A DNA stretch of 64,000 bases, taken from positions 2,825 to 66,824 of the forward strand of contig CAZONM010000001.1 of assembly GCA_964580865.1 (NCBI GenBank), given 5' to 3'. A program made the position numbers and the translations under genes. Within the stretch, counting starts at the first letter, position 1. Each line of letters begins with the position of its first letter. The DNA comes from an uncultured Myxococcales bacterium. Lineage in GTDB: Bacteria; Myxococcota; UBA727; VGSZ01. Under the pieces are notes generated by a model that saw nothing but the letters and a program-made list of their open reading frames with translations, searched no databases and was not told the origin of the DNA. This document shows positions 9,928 through 18,021 of the stretch, piece after piece.

Positions 9928-12155
9928 GCGCGCCCGAGCGCGAGCGCGCCGCGCCATGAGCTCCACCGATCGGCCATGCGCTCCTTGCGGCGCAGCTCGG
10001 CGGCGTCGATGATCATGCGGCCGGCCCAGCGATAGACGTTGAACTCGGCGACCATGCGGCGCATCGAGTGCATCCGTTCGCGCTGCTCACTGGCCGGCAT
10101 CTCCAGCGCGTGCGCCAGCGCCTCGGCGCTCTCGCCGATGTCGTAGGGGTTCACCACCAGCGCCTCGGTGAGGTCGCGCGCCGCGCCGGTGAACTGGCTC
10201 AGCACCAGCACGCCGAGCCCGTCTTCTCGCGCGGCGACGAATTCCTTCGCCACCAGGTTCATGCCGTCGTGCAGGCTGCTGACGAAGCACAGGTCGGCTG
10301 CGCGGTAGAAGCGAAACACGGTCTGCGGCTCGTGGTGCGCTTGCAGCAGGCGGATCGGCTGGTAGCCGTCACCGCCGAGCCGCGCGTTGATCGCCTGCAC
10401 CTGGGCCTGCACGCGCTCGTTCAGCTCGCGATAGCGCGGGATCTTGACGCGGCTCGGCGCCGCGAGCTGCACGAAGACGAAGCGGCCGCGCAGCTCCGGG
10501 TGGCGCAGCAACAGCTCCTCGACGGCCGCGAAGCGCTCCTCGACGCCCTTGGTGTAGTCGAGCCGATCGACACCGACGCCGATCAGGGTGTCCGGCGGCA
10601 GGCCCAGCTCCTCGCGCACGCCGCGCCGACACTGCGCCGCGTCCGGGATCTCCCCCAGCCAGTGCACCGGCCACTCGATCGAGATCGGGTAGGGGCGCAC
10701 CAGCGTGCGGCGCTCCCCTTGCACGATGGCGGTGGCCTCGCGATCGATGCGGCTCTCGAGGAAGGCGTCGGCCGAGTCGATGAAGTTCTTGCAGTGCTGC
10801 GCGGTGTGAAAGCCGAGGATGCTCGAGCCGAGCAGGCCGTTCAGCAGCTCTTCGCGCCAGGGGCAGATGCCGATGCGCTCGGCGTTCGGCCAGGGGATGT
10901 GCCAGAAGGTCAGGATGGTCGCGCGCGGCAGGCGCTTTCGGATCATGCGGGGCGCGAGCGCAAAGTGATAGTCCTGCACGAGCACGATGGGCTCGTCGGA
11001 GTCGATCTCGTCACAGACCGCGTCGGCGAAGCGCTGGTTGACCCGCTGGTAGTGGGCCCAGTCCTCGGCCCGGAACTGCGGCCGCTCGTGGGCGATGTGG
11101 CAGAGCGGCCACAGGCCCTCGTTGGAGAAGCCGTAGTAGTAGCCGTTCTCCTCCTCGTCGCTGAGCCAGACGCGGCGCACCAGATACGACTCCTCGCCGG
11201 GCGGCACGCGCACGCGATCGTGCGCGTCGACGGTCTGCCGGTCGGCGCTGCCGCTGCCGTGCGCGACCCATACGCCCGAGCACGCGCGCATCACCGGCTC
11301 GAGCGCGGTGACCAGGCCGCTCGCGGGGTGCTGCACGCGCACGTCCTCGCCGACCTTCTCGTGGATGTAGGGCTCGCGGTTGGCGAGGATGACGACGCGC
11401 TCTCCCTGCAGGTAGCGCTCGAGCGTGTCGTGCAGGCGGGTGGGGCTCCAGGTGCCGGCGCGCGCCTCATGGGCCGCCTCGTCCGCCAGGCGCTCGACGA
11501 GGGCGCGCACATCGCGCACCAGCGGTTGGAACTCGCGGCGGCCCTCGCCGCTCAACGCGCGCAGCATCTCGCGGCGCCACCTGCGCCAGGCGAAGCGGGC
11601 GCCGAGCAGCGTGACGATCGAGGTCAAGAGCGCCAGCACGAAGTACGAGCCGATCAGGAACGCGCGCGTCGTCGCCTCGCGGCGCTGCACGAAGCTCAGG
11701 TCGTGCACCAGCACTACGTCGCCGAGCCGCGCCTCGCCCTCCGTCACGCCGAGCACGCTCAACAGGACCGGCCCGGAGGGCAGCTCGGAGCGCTGGGTCC
11801 AGTGCTGGAGGTCGCCGTCGTCGCGCACGCGCGCCTGCTGGATGGCGCGGCACGAGAACTCCAGGGGGTAGAGCTCCGTGCTGGTCAGCGCCTTGCCGCC
11901 GGGATGGCAAGCGGCGGCGGCCATGATGCGGTCGTCGCGCGTGATGTTGCGCAGCACGGCGCCGAGGCGCTCGACGTCGGCCCCCCAGTGCTGCACCAGG
12001 CTGTCGCGCGCCGACTCGACCGCGAGCCGCGCGCGCAGATCGAGGTCGCGCTCGAACCAGCGCCGGGTGGTGTCGCGCATCACCACGTCGCCGACGACCG
12101 CGAGCCCCGCGAGCATCGCCAGCAGCCCGAGCAGCAGGATCAGCGTCCGCGGCAC
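9924..12155 (-). CDS. otsA: trehalose-6-phosphate synthase OtsA (GT20) fused to an N-terminal ~260-aa two-TM membrane/sensor-like extension
   Basis: The C-terminal ~480 aa carry the GT20 signature ([53 protein letters not shown]). The N-terminus has TM1 [18 protein letters not shown], a ~160-aa loop, then TM2 [23 protein letters not shown] start. Confidence 0.85.
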   Translation of the reverse strand: MPRTLILLLGLLAMLAGLAVVGDVVMRDTTRRWFERDLDLRARLAVESARDSLVQHWGADVERLGAVLRNITRDDRIMAAAACHPGGKALTSTELYPLEFSCRAIQQARVRDDGDLQHWTQRSELPSGPVLLSVLGVTEGEARLGDVVLVHDLSFVQRREATTRAFLIGSYFVLALLTSIVTLLGARFAWRRWRREMLRALSGEGRREFQPLVRDVRALVERLADEAAHEARAGTWSPTRLHDTLERYLQGERVVILANREPYIHEKVGEDVRVQHPASGLVTALEPVMRACSGVWVAHGSGSADRQTVDAHDRVRVPPGEESYLVRRVWLSDEEENGYYYGFSNEGLWPLCHIAHERPQFRAEDWAHYQRVNQRFADAVCDEIDSDEPIVLVQDYHFALAPRMIRKRLPRATILTFWHIPWPNAERIGICPWREELLNGLLGSSILGFHTAQHCKNFIDSADAFLESRIDREATAIVQGERRTLVRPYPISIEWPVHWLGEIPDAAQCRRGVREELGLPPDTLIGVGVDRLDYTKGVEERFAAVEELLLRHPELRGRFVFVQLAAPSRVKIPRYRELNERVQAQVQAINARLGGDGYQPIRLLQAHHEPQTVFRFYRAADLCFVSSLHDGMNLVAKEFVAAREDGLGVLVLSQFTGAARDLTEALVVNPYDIGESAEALAHALEMPASEQRERMHSMRRMVAEFNVYRWAGRMIIDAAELRRKERMADRWSSWRGALALGRA

Positions 12156-12164
12156 GGTTACGGG

Positions 12165-12187
12165 ATAACATCAAATGCTTTGATACC
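12165..12187. promoter_or_regulatory. 15-bp perfect palindrome ATCAAATGCTTTGAT in the otsA / GH15 divergent promoter region (coordinates approximate +/-2)
   Basis: Read directly in the AT-richer 59-bp intergenic region between otsA (start 12155) and the GH15 gene (start 12215). Confidence 0.45.
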
Positions 12188-12214
12188 CAAGCAAGCCGTG
12201 CTAGCCCGAAGCTC

Positions 12215-13984
12215 ATGCAGCTCGCGGAGCTCGGCCTCATCGGCAATTGCCAGTCGGCCGCGTTGGTCGCGCGCGACGGCGCCATCGTCTGGTCGTGCCT
12301 GCCGCGCTTCGACTCGCCGCCGGTGTTCGCGTCGCTGCTCGACGGGGCGGCGGGCGGGAGCTTCCGGATCGGCGCGCCCGACGGCCGGCCGGGGACGCAG
12401 CGCTACCTGCCGAACACCAACGTGCTCGAGACGCGCTTCGAAGATGCCAGCGGTGCCTTCCGTGTGCTCGACTTCATGCCGCGCTTCGTCCAGCACGGCC
12501 GGACCTTCCGCCCTACCAAGATCGTGCGCATCGTCGAGCCGCTCTTCGGCACGCCACGCATCAACGTCACCTGTGACCCGGTGCTCGGCTGGACGCGCGC
12601 CGCGCCGAGCCGCGAGGCGGGCTCGCACCACCTCGCGTGGCACGGCTTCTCCGCACACCTGCGCCTCACCACCGACGCGGCGCTGTCCTACCTCGACGCG
12701 GGCCCGTTCGCGCTCACCGAGCGCAAGCACTTCGTGCTCTCGTGGGACGCGCCGGTGGAGGAGCCGCTCGAGCCACTCTGTCAGCGCTTCCTCGAGCAGA
12801 CGCAGCGCTACTGGGTCCAATGGGTCAAGCACTGCGACGTGCCGCCCGCCTACCAAGAGCAGGTGATCCGCTCCGCCCTCGCGCTCAAGCTGCACTGCTT
12901 CGAGGACACCGGCGCCATCGTCGCCGCCGTCACCACGTCGCTACCGGAGGCACCCGGTGCCGCACGCAACTGGGACTACCGCTACTGCTGGCTGCGCGAC
13001 GCCTTCTACACGCTGGGCGCGTTCCGCCTGCTCGGCCACTTCGAGGAGCGCGAGCAGTTCCTCGACTTCCTGCTCAACGTGGCCTCGTCCACCCCCGACC
13101 TCGACCTCGCCCCGCTCTACCGCGTCGACGGCAAGAGCGACCTGACGGAGCAGACGCTCGAAGCGTGGCCGGGCTACCAAGGCAACCGGCCGGTGCGCGT
13201 CGGCAACGGCGCGGCGCTGCACCGGCAGCACGACGTGTTCGGCGAGATGGTGCTCGCGTTCACGCCGCTCTTCCTCGACGCGCGCTTTCGCGACCACGTC
13301 ACGCCGCCGGTGCTCGACCTGGTGGCGCGCCTGACCGACAAGGCCATCGCCGTCGCCGGTCAACCGGACGCCGGCATCTGGGAGGTGCGCAACACCTGGC
13401 GGCCGCAGACCTTCAGCACGCTGATGTGCTGGGCCGCGGCCGATCGCATGAGCCGCATCGCGGCGGCCCACCGCCCTGGTGCCGCCGCGGGCTACGCCGC
13501 CGCCGCGGCGAGCCTGCGCACGCAGCTGCTCACCCAGGCCGTGCACCCGACGCGCGGCTGCCTGGTGGCCGACCACGGCGGCACCGAGGTGGACGCCGCC
13601 TTGCTGCAGGCCATCACCCTCAACTTCCTCGCACCTGCCGATCCCATCGCGGGCCGCACCATCGACGCCGTGCGCGCCGACCTCGAGCACCACGGCTGGC
13701 TCAAGCGCTACCGCGTCGACGACGGCCTCGGCACGCCCAGCGTGGCGTTCACGCTGTGCACTTTCTGGCTGGTGGAGGCGCTCGCGCGCGTCGGGCGGCT
13801 CGACGAGGCGCGGGCGATCATGGCGCGCGTGCCGGAGATCCACTCGCCGCTCGGCCTGCTCTCGGAAGACCTCGACCCGCAAAGCGGAGTCATGTGGGGC
13901 AACTTCCCGCAGGCCTACTCGCACGTCGGGCTGATCCACGCCGCGTTCGCCGCCTCGCCGCCGTGGTCGGAGCTGGGCGCCTGA
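12215..13984 (+). CDS. glycoside hydrolase family 15 protein (glucoamylase/trehalase-like)
   Basis: 589 aa; the GH15 (alpha/alpha)6 core WDYRYCWLRDAFYT and ELGLIGNCQSAAL N-terminal motif resemble GH15-type trehalases, and the gene is divergent from otsAB. Confidence 0.8.
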   Translation: MQLAELGLIGNCQSAALVARDGAIVWSCLPRFDSPPVFASLLDGAAGGSFRIGAPDGRPGTQRYLPNTNVLETRFEDASGAFRVLDFMPRFVQHGRTFRPTKIVRIVEPLFGTPRINVTCDPVLGWTRAAPSREAGSHHLAWHGFSAHLRLTTDAALSYLDAGPFALTERKHFVLSWDAPVEEPLEPLCQRFLEQTQRYWVQWVKHCDVPPAYQEQVIRSALALKLHCFEDTGAIVAAVTTSLPEAPGAARNWDYRYCWLRDAFYTLGAFRLLGHFEEREQFLDFLLNVASSTPDLDLAPLYRVDGKSDLTEQTLEAWPGYQGNRPVRVGNGAALHRQHDVFGEMVLAFTPLFLDARFRDHVTPPVLDLVARLTDKAIAVAGQPDAGIWEVRNTWRPQTFSTLMCWAAADRMSRIAAAHRPGAAAGYAAAAASLRTQLLTQAVHPTRGCLVADHGGTEVDAALLQAITLNFLAPADPIAGRTIDAVRADLEHHGWLKRYRVDDGLGTPSVAFTLCTFWLVEALARVGRLDEARAIMARVPEIHSPLGLLSEDLDPQSGVMWGNFPQAYSHVGLIHAAFAASPPWSELGA

Positions 13985-13987
13985 CCA

Positions 13988-14923
13988 TCAGCGCGCGATG
14001 AACGCGAGCCCGGCCACGGCGAGCACGATCAGCGCCGCCCCGCTCCACCGGTTGTGACGGCCCACCAGCACCACCACGAGCGCGGCGCCCACCCCTGCGC
14101 CCGCGACGAGGATGGCCTCATGCGTCGCCGCCGCCGTCACCGCGGTCGGGAACAGCAGCGGCCCGAGGGCGACCGAGATGGTGGAGTCGGCCACGGACGC
14201 CCCGAGCAGATCGCCGGCCGCGAGCTGGGTGTTGCCCTTGCGCGCCGCGGTGAGCGCGACCACCAGCTCGGGTGCCGAGGTGCCGATCGACGCGCCGATG
14301 AACCCGACCACCAACGGCGGTGCGTCGAGCGCGGTCGCACCCCGCAGCACCCCATCGACCAGGAGAGCCGCGCCGCCGATGAGGCCGGCGAAGCCGACGG
14401 CGATGGTCAGGAGCTCACGCCCAATCGAGCGCGCTTGGGTGGCGCTCGACGGTGGCGCACGCTCGTCCCCAGACGGGCGCAGCGCCACCGCCATCGCCAC
14501 GACGAAGAGCGCGAGCAGGAGCGCGGCGTCGAGCCGGCCGAAGTGACCGTCGGCCAAGAGCCAGGCGCCCACGCCGAGCGCGACGAGGGCGATGCCGAGT
14601 TGGAGCGCGGGCAGGCGTCGGCGCAGCACCAGCGGCGCGCCAACGATGGGCACGAGCGCGAACGCGAGCGTGATCTGCACGAACACCGAGCCATACGAGT
14701 CGCCCACGTTGATGTCGCCCTGGCCTCGGTAGGACGCGACGACGGAGTTGGCGATCTCCGGCAGGTCGGTGCCGATGGCGACGAGCGTGAGCCCGATGGC
14801 GAAGGGCGAGAGCCCCAGGCGCGCCGCCAGCGCGATGCTGCCGCCCACCACTGCGTGGCTCGCCCACGCGGCAACCGCCACGCCGGCGCCGGCAAACAGG
14901 AGCGCAACGACCAGATCGGGCAC
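13988..14923 (-). CDS. Na+/Ca2+ exchanger (CaCA family, YrbG-like)
   Basis: 311 aa; two alpha-repeats (GLTLVAIGTDLPEIANS and GFIGASIGTSAPELVVAL), ~10 TM helices. Confidence 0.8.
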   Translation of the reverse strand: MPDLVVALLFAGAGVAVAAWASHAVVGGSIALAARLGLSPFAIGLTLVAIGTDLPEIANSVVASYRGQGDINVGDSYGSVFVQITLAFALVPIVGAPLVLRRRLPALQLGIALVALGVGAWLLADGHFGRLDAALLLALFVVAMAVALRPSGDERAPPSSATQARSIGRELLTIAVGFAGLIGGAALLVDGVLRGATALDAPPLVVGFIGASIGTSAPELVVALTAARKGNTQLAAGDLLGASVADSTISVALGPLLFPTAVTAAATHEAILVAGAGVGAALVVVLVGRHNRWSGAALIVLAVAGLAFIAR

Positions 14924-15207
14924 GCGCGCAGCCTACCCTTCCTGCCGGCAAGGGGCAGGGCGTTCGCGCGCAAGCTGCTCGGGCCCCCCATGTCTTCCCC
15001 GCGGGCGTCGGTCGCGCTCAGCCTCCTGGCGTCACCGATCGCACCGGTGCTCGCGCTCGCCCTACGGCGCCGCCCGTTCCTCGCCGCCGGCCTCGACACC
15101 TTCGTCCTCGTCTCCGTCAGCGGCGTGGCGGCGGAGGGCGCGAGCCCCAGCACCGGGGCGCGCACGTTGGAGGGTTTGCGCCGCCCTCCAACATTGCCAC
15201 AGTGCCG

Positions 15208-15533
15208 GCGTGTCCACCGTCGTCGTCTCCCGCGCCAAGCTCTGGCTCTACCGCGCCGTCGCGGTCCACCTCGCCGTCACCGCGCTCACGGGCCTCGCGC
15301 TCTACGCGCGTCCCCTCGACGATCGCCCCGGCTTGTACGGCGAGGTCGTCAAAGAGTGGCTCGTGATGATCCACAACGGCGAGTGGATCGGCCATCTGCT
15401 CTTCGGCAGGCGCTGGCTCACCGGCGTCGCGATCGGCGCCGCGCTCGCCTGGCCGCTGCTCCGGCACGCGCGCCGCGCGCTGGCCCCCGCCGCTAACCGA
15501 TCCGACGTCCTCGACGACGCACGCCCCGGCTGA
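15208..15533 (+). CDS. small His-containing membrane protein (hypothetical); possibly the 3' part of a frameshifted gene that begins at 14977
   Basis: GTG-start ORF with hydrophobic helices (VAVHLAVTALTGLALYA; WLTGVAIGAALAWPLL); an upstream ORF in another frame (14977.., MSSPRASVALSLLASPIAPVLALAL...) is separated from it by the hairpin at 15167..15191. Confidence 0.3.
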
Positions 15534-15597
15534 CCGGTTGGCCCTCCTCGCCCCGCACGACCTTGACAGCGCGCGTTCGGTGCCGTACAACGACTAC

Positions 15598-15616
15598 GAT
15601 AACGATTATCACAATC
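15598..15616. promoter_or_regulatory. Fur-box-like operator GATAACGATTATCACAATC (15/19 match to GATAATGATAATCATTATC) 30 nt upstream of the 15645 gene
   Basis: Seen directly in an AT-rich patch within otherwise >70% GC DNA; core inverted repeat GATAA-CGA-TTATC. Confidence 0.45.
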
Positions 15617-15644
15617 ACAACACGATCGCCACCACGGGACCCGC

Positions 15645-16457
15645 ATGCGCAGCCGCCGTCGCCACCTCCTCGCCGCCGCCCTCGTCGTCGCCACGGCGCT
15701 CCCGCTGGCGCAGGCCGCCCCCGCCACCGCCAGCGGCCGGCGCTTCACGTACACCTACGAGTCGCTGGTGCTCGCGCCCGGTCAGCTCGAGCTCGAGCCC
15801 TGGACCACCTTCCGCGGCGGGCGCGAGGAGCTGTACCTGCGCTTCGACGAGCGCATCGAGCTCGAGGTGGGCGTGATCGAGAACGTGCAGATGGCGTGGT
15901 ACCTGAACGCCAAGGCCGTCACCGAGGCCGCCGGGCCCGCGCTCAAGAAGGAGCTCGAGTTCACCGGGGTGTCGAACGAGTGGAAGTGGAAGATCCTCGA
16001 CCCCGTGGCCGACCCCGTGGGCCTGGCGCTCTACGGCGAGTGGACGGCGGCGCCGTCCGAGGCCGAGCTCGAGGCCAAGGTCATCGTCGACAAGCGCTTC
16101 GGCGACCTCATCGCCGCCGTGAACGTGGTGGGCGAGGTGGAGTGGGAGCTCGAGGAGCCCGGCGAGGTGGAGCAGGAGCTGGTGCTCGAGGTCGACGCCG
16201 GCCTCGCGTACCTGATCACGCCCGCCTTGGGGCTCGGCCTCGAGCTCGTCGACCACACCGACTTCGGCGGCGAGGGCTTCGAGCACTCCGCCGTCTTCGC
16301 CGGGCCCACCATCAGCTACGCGGGCGAGCGCTTCTGGGCCGCCGTCAGCGTGCTGCCCCAGGTGGTCGACCTCGGTCGCCTCGGCACCGCCGAGCTGCAA
16401 GACCTCCATCACCACGAGCGCATCAGCGCGCGTGTGCTGCTCGGCTTCGAGCTGTAA
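15645..16457 (+). CDS. secreted protein, acidic and beta-rich (possible small outer-membrane protein), hypothetical
   Basis: Signal peptide MRSRRRHLLAAALVVATALPLAQAAPA; alternating hydrophobic beta-strand pattern; C-terminus ...RVLLGFEL; preceded by the Fur-like box. Confidence 0.6.
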   Translation: MRSRRRHLLAAALVVATALPLAQAAPATASGRRFTYTYESLVLAPGQLELEPWTTFRGGREELYLRFDERIELEVGVIENVQMAWYLNAKAVTEAAGPALKKELEFTGVSNEWKWKILDPVADPVGLALYGEWTAAPSEAELEAKVIVDKRFGDLIAAVNVVGEVEWELEEPGEVEQELVLEVDAGLAYLITPALGLGLELVDHTDFGGEGFEHSAVFAGPTISYAGERFWAAVSVLPQVVDLGRLGTAELQDLHHHERISARVLLGFEL

Positions 16458-16475
16458 TCGCGAGGAGCGCGCACC

Positions 16476-16844
16476 GTGGCAGCACCGTCACCGTCGACCC
16501 GAGCAGGCGCCATCGCCCTGGCGGCGCTGGCGCTCGTCGTGGCGACGGCGTGCGCCACGCTGGCCGAGCCCACGCCCGTGGACGCGGCGTGGGCCGCGAC
16601 GCGCTGGCCCGACGCCACCGAGGATGAGCTCCGGCGTGGGCGCGCGCTCTACGTCAAGCGCTGCGCGGGCTGTCACGCGCTGCGCCTGCCCGAGCGCTAC
16701 CCGTCGAGCACCTGGGCCGAGCACGTCGATGAGATGGCCAAGCGCGCCAAGCTGCCCGGCGACGAGCGCGAGGTGATGCTGCGCTACCTCGTGACCATGA
16801 GCCGGCCCGATCGGCCCACGGAGGTCACCGCCTCGTCGCGCTGA
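16476..16844 (+). CDS. mono-haem c-type cytochrome lipoprotein
   Basis: Lipobox VATAC; single haem-binding CAGCH motif; 122 aa. Confidence 0.7.
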   Translation: MAAPSPSTRAGAIALAALALVVATACATLAEPTPVDAAWAATRWPDATEDELRRGRALYVKRCAGCHALRLPERYPSSTWAEHVDEMAKRAKLPGDEREVMLRYLVTMSRPDRPTEVTASSR

Positions 16845-16982
16845 CCGGTGCGGCGCCTTGCCACAGCGGCAGATCACCGCGGCGTTCGGCCGCGCCGGCG
16901 TCGACGACGCCTGCGCGTCCGAACGCGGCGCCGGAGGCCTCCGTTGCCGGTCGGCAAAACGCCGCGCCTGGCGCCGTGCGGT

Positions 16983-17000
16983 TGTAAGTAGCGTGTAAGT
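16983..17000. promoter_or_regulatory. direct repeat TGTAAGT-N4-TGTAAGT in an AT-richer patch ~90 nt upstream of the dihaem cytochrome/nar operon
   Basis: Read directly (gtTGTAAGTagcgTGTAAGTcgcc); it lies in the 240-bp intergenic region. Confidence 0.35.
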
Positions 17001-17086
17001 CGCCGGTGTTACCCACCGACCGTCAAGCCAGCGCTCCATCGCGTCCACCACGGGCGCGAGCAGGCGGCGCCGGAGGTCTGGTGGGT

Positions 17087-17965
17087 ATGACCAAGCACAG
17101 CACCAAGCACAGCCTTCTTCCACGGCGACTCACGGCCCTCGCGGCCGCGGCGGTCGCATGCGCGTTCTCGGCCCCGGCCAACGCGGCCACGGGCGAGGAG
17201 AACTACGCGAAGATCTGCGCCGCCTGCCACTCCATCGGTGGCGGCAGGCTCGTGGGCCCCGACCTCGCTGGCGTGACCACGCGCCGCTCCGAGGAGTGGC
17301 TCGTCAAGTTCATCAAGTCGCCGAAGGCCATGATCGACGCCGGTGACGCCGACGCCGTGGCGCTGTTCAAGGAATACAACCTGGTGATGCCCGACCCGCA
17401 GTACACCGAGGCGGAGATCAAGGACATCGTCGCGTACCTCGCCACCAAGAGCGGCGCCGCCGCCGTGGCGCCCACGCCGCCGCCGCCGCCCAAGGAGGCG
17501 TCGCCGGCCGAGATCGCGCGCGGCCAGAACCTGTTTCAGGGCCTCGAGCGCCTGAAGAACGGCGGCCCCGCCTGCAACTCGTGCCACCACGTCAAGAACG
17601 ACGCCGTCATCGGCGGCGGCGTCTTGGCCAAGGAGCTGACCACGGTGTTCAGCACCATGGGCACGCCCGGCATCAACGCCATCCTCGGCAAGCCGCCCTT
17701 CCCGGTGATGGCCGCCGCCTACGCCGAGCACCCGCTCACCGACGACGAGTCGGCCGCGCTCGTCGGCTTCCTGCAGGACGCCGACAAGAAGCACGAGCTG
17801 CAGCAGCCGCGCGACTACGGCTTCCGCCTGGTGTGGAGCGGCGCCGCCGCGCTGGTGCCGCTCATGGGCCTGTACTCGCTCATCTGGCGCAAGCGCAAGG
17901 TGCGCCCCGTGAACGAGAAGGTCTTCGATCGTCAGGTCAAGGGCGGCGACGACGTCGCGCAGTAA
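17087..17965 (+). CDS. dihaem c-type cytochrome with a C-terminal membrane anchor (NarC-like, nitrate-reductase-associated)
   Basis: ORF 17006..17965; ATG at 17087 gives the signal peptide MTKHSTKHSLLPRRLTALAAAAVACAFSAPANA; two CxxCH motifs (CAACH, CNSCH); C-terminal TM AAALVPLMGLYSLIW; 56 nt upstream of narG. Confidence 0.75.
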   Translation: MTKHSTKHSLLPRRLTALAAAAVACAFSAPANAATGEENYAKICAACHSIGGGRLVGPDLAGVTTRRSEEWLVKFIKSPKAMIDAGDADAVALFKEYNLVMPDPQYTEAEIKDIVAYLATKSGAAAVAPTPPPPPKEASPAEIARGQNLFQGLERLKNGGPACNSCHHVKNDAVIGGGVLAKELTTVFSTMGTPGINAILGKPPFPVMAAAYAEHPLTDDESAALVGFLQDADKKHELQQPRDYGFRLVWSGAAALVPLMGLYSLIWRKRKVRPVNEKVFDRQVKGGDDVAQ

Positions 17966-18021
17966 CCGTCCCATCGCGTTCGCTTCGATTTCCCAGGAAC
18001 GAGAGCTGAAGAGGTAGTGCC

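Noticed and set aside
12165-12187. FNR/CRP site in the otsA promoter
   Set aside because: The palindrome ATCAAA-N3-TTTGAT does not fit TTGAT-N4-ATCAA spacing or orientation. It is reported only as an uncharacterised operator.
10068-12866. 932-aa ORF on the + strand
   Set aside because: Entirely antisense to otsA; the translation is Arg/Ala/Gly-rich low-complexity with no motifs. It is a typical GC-rich antisense artefact.
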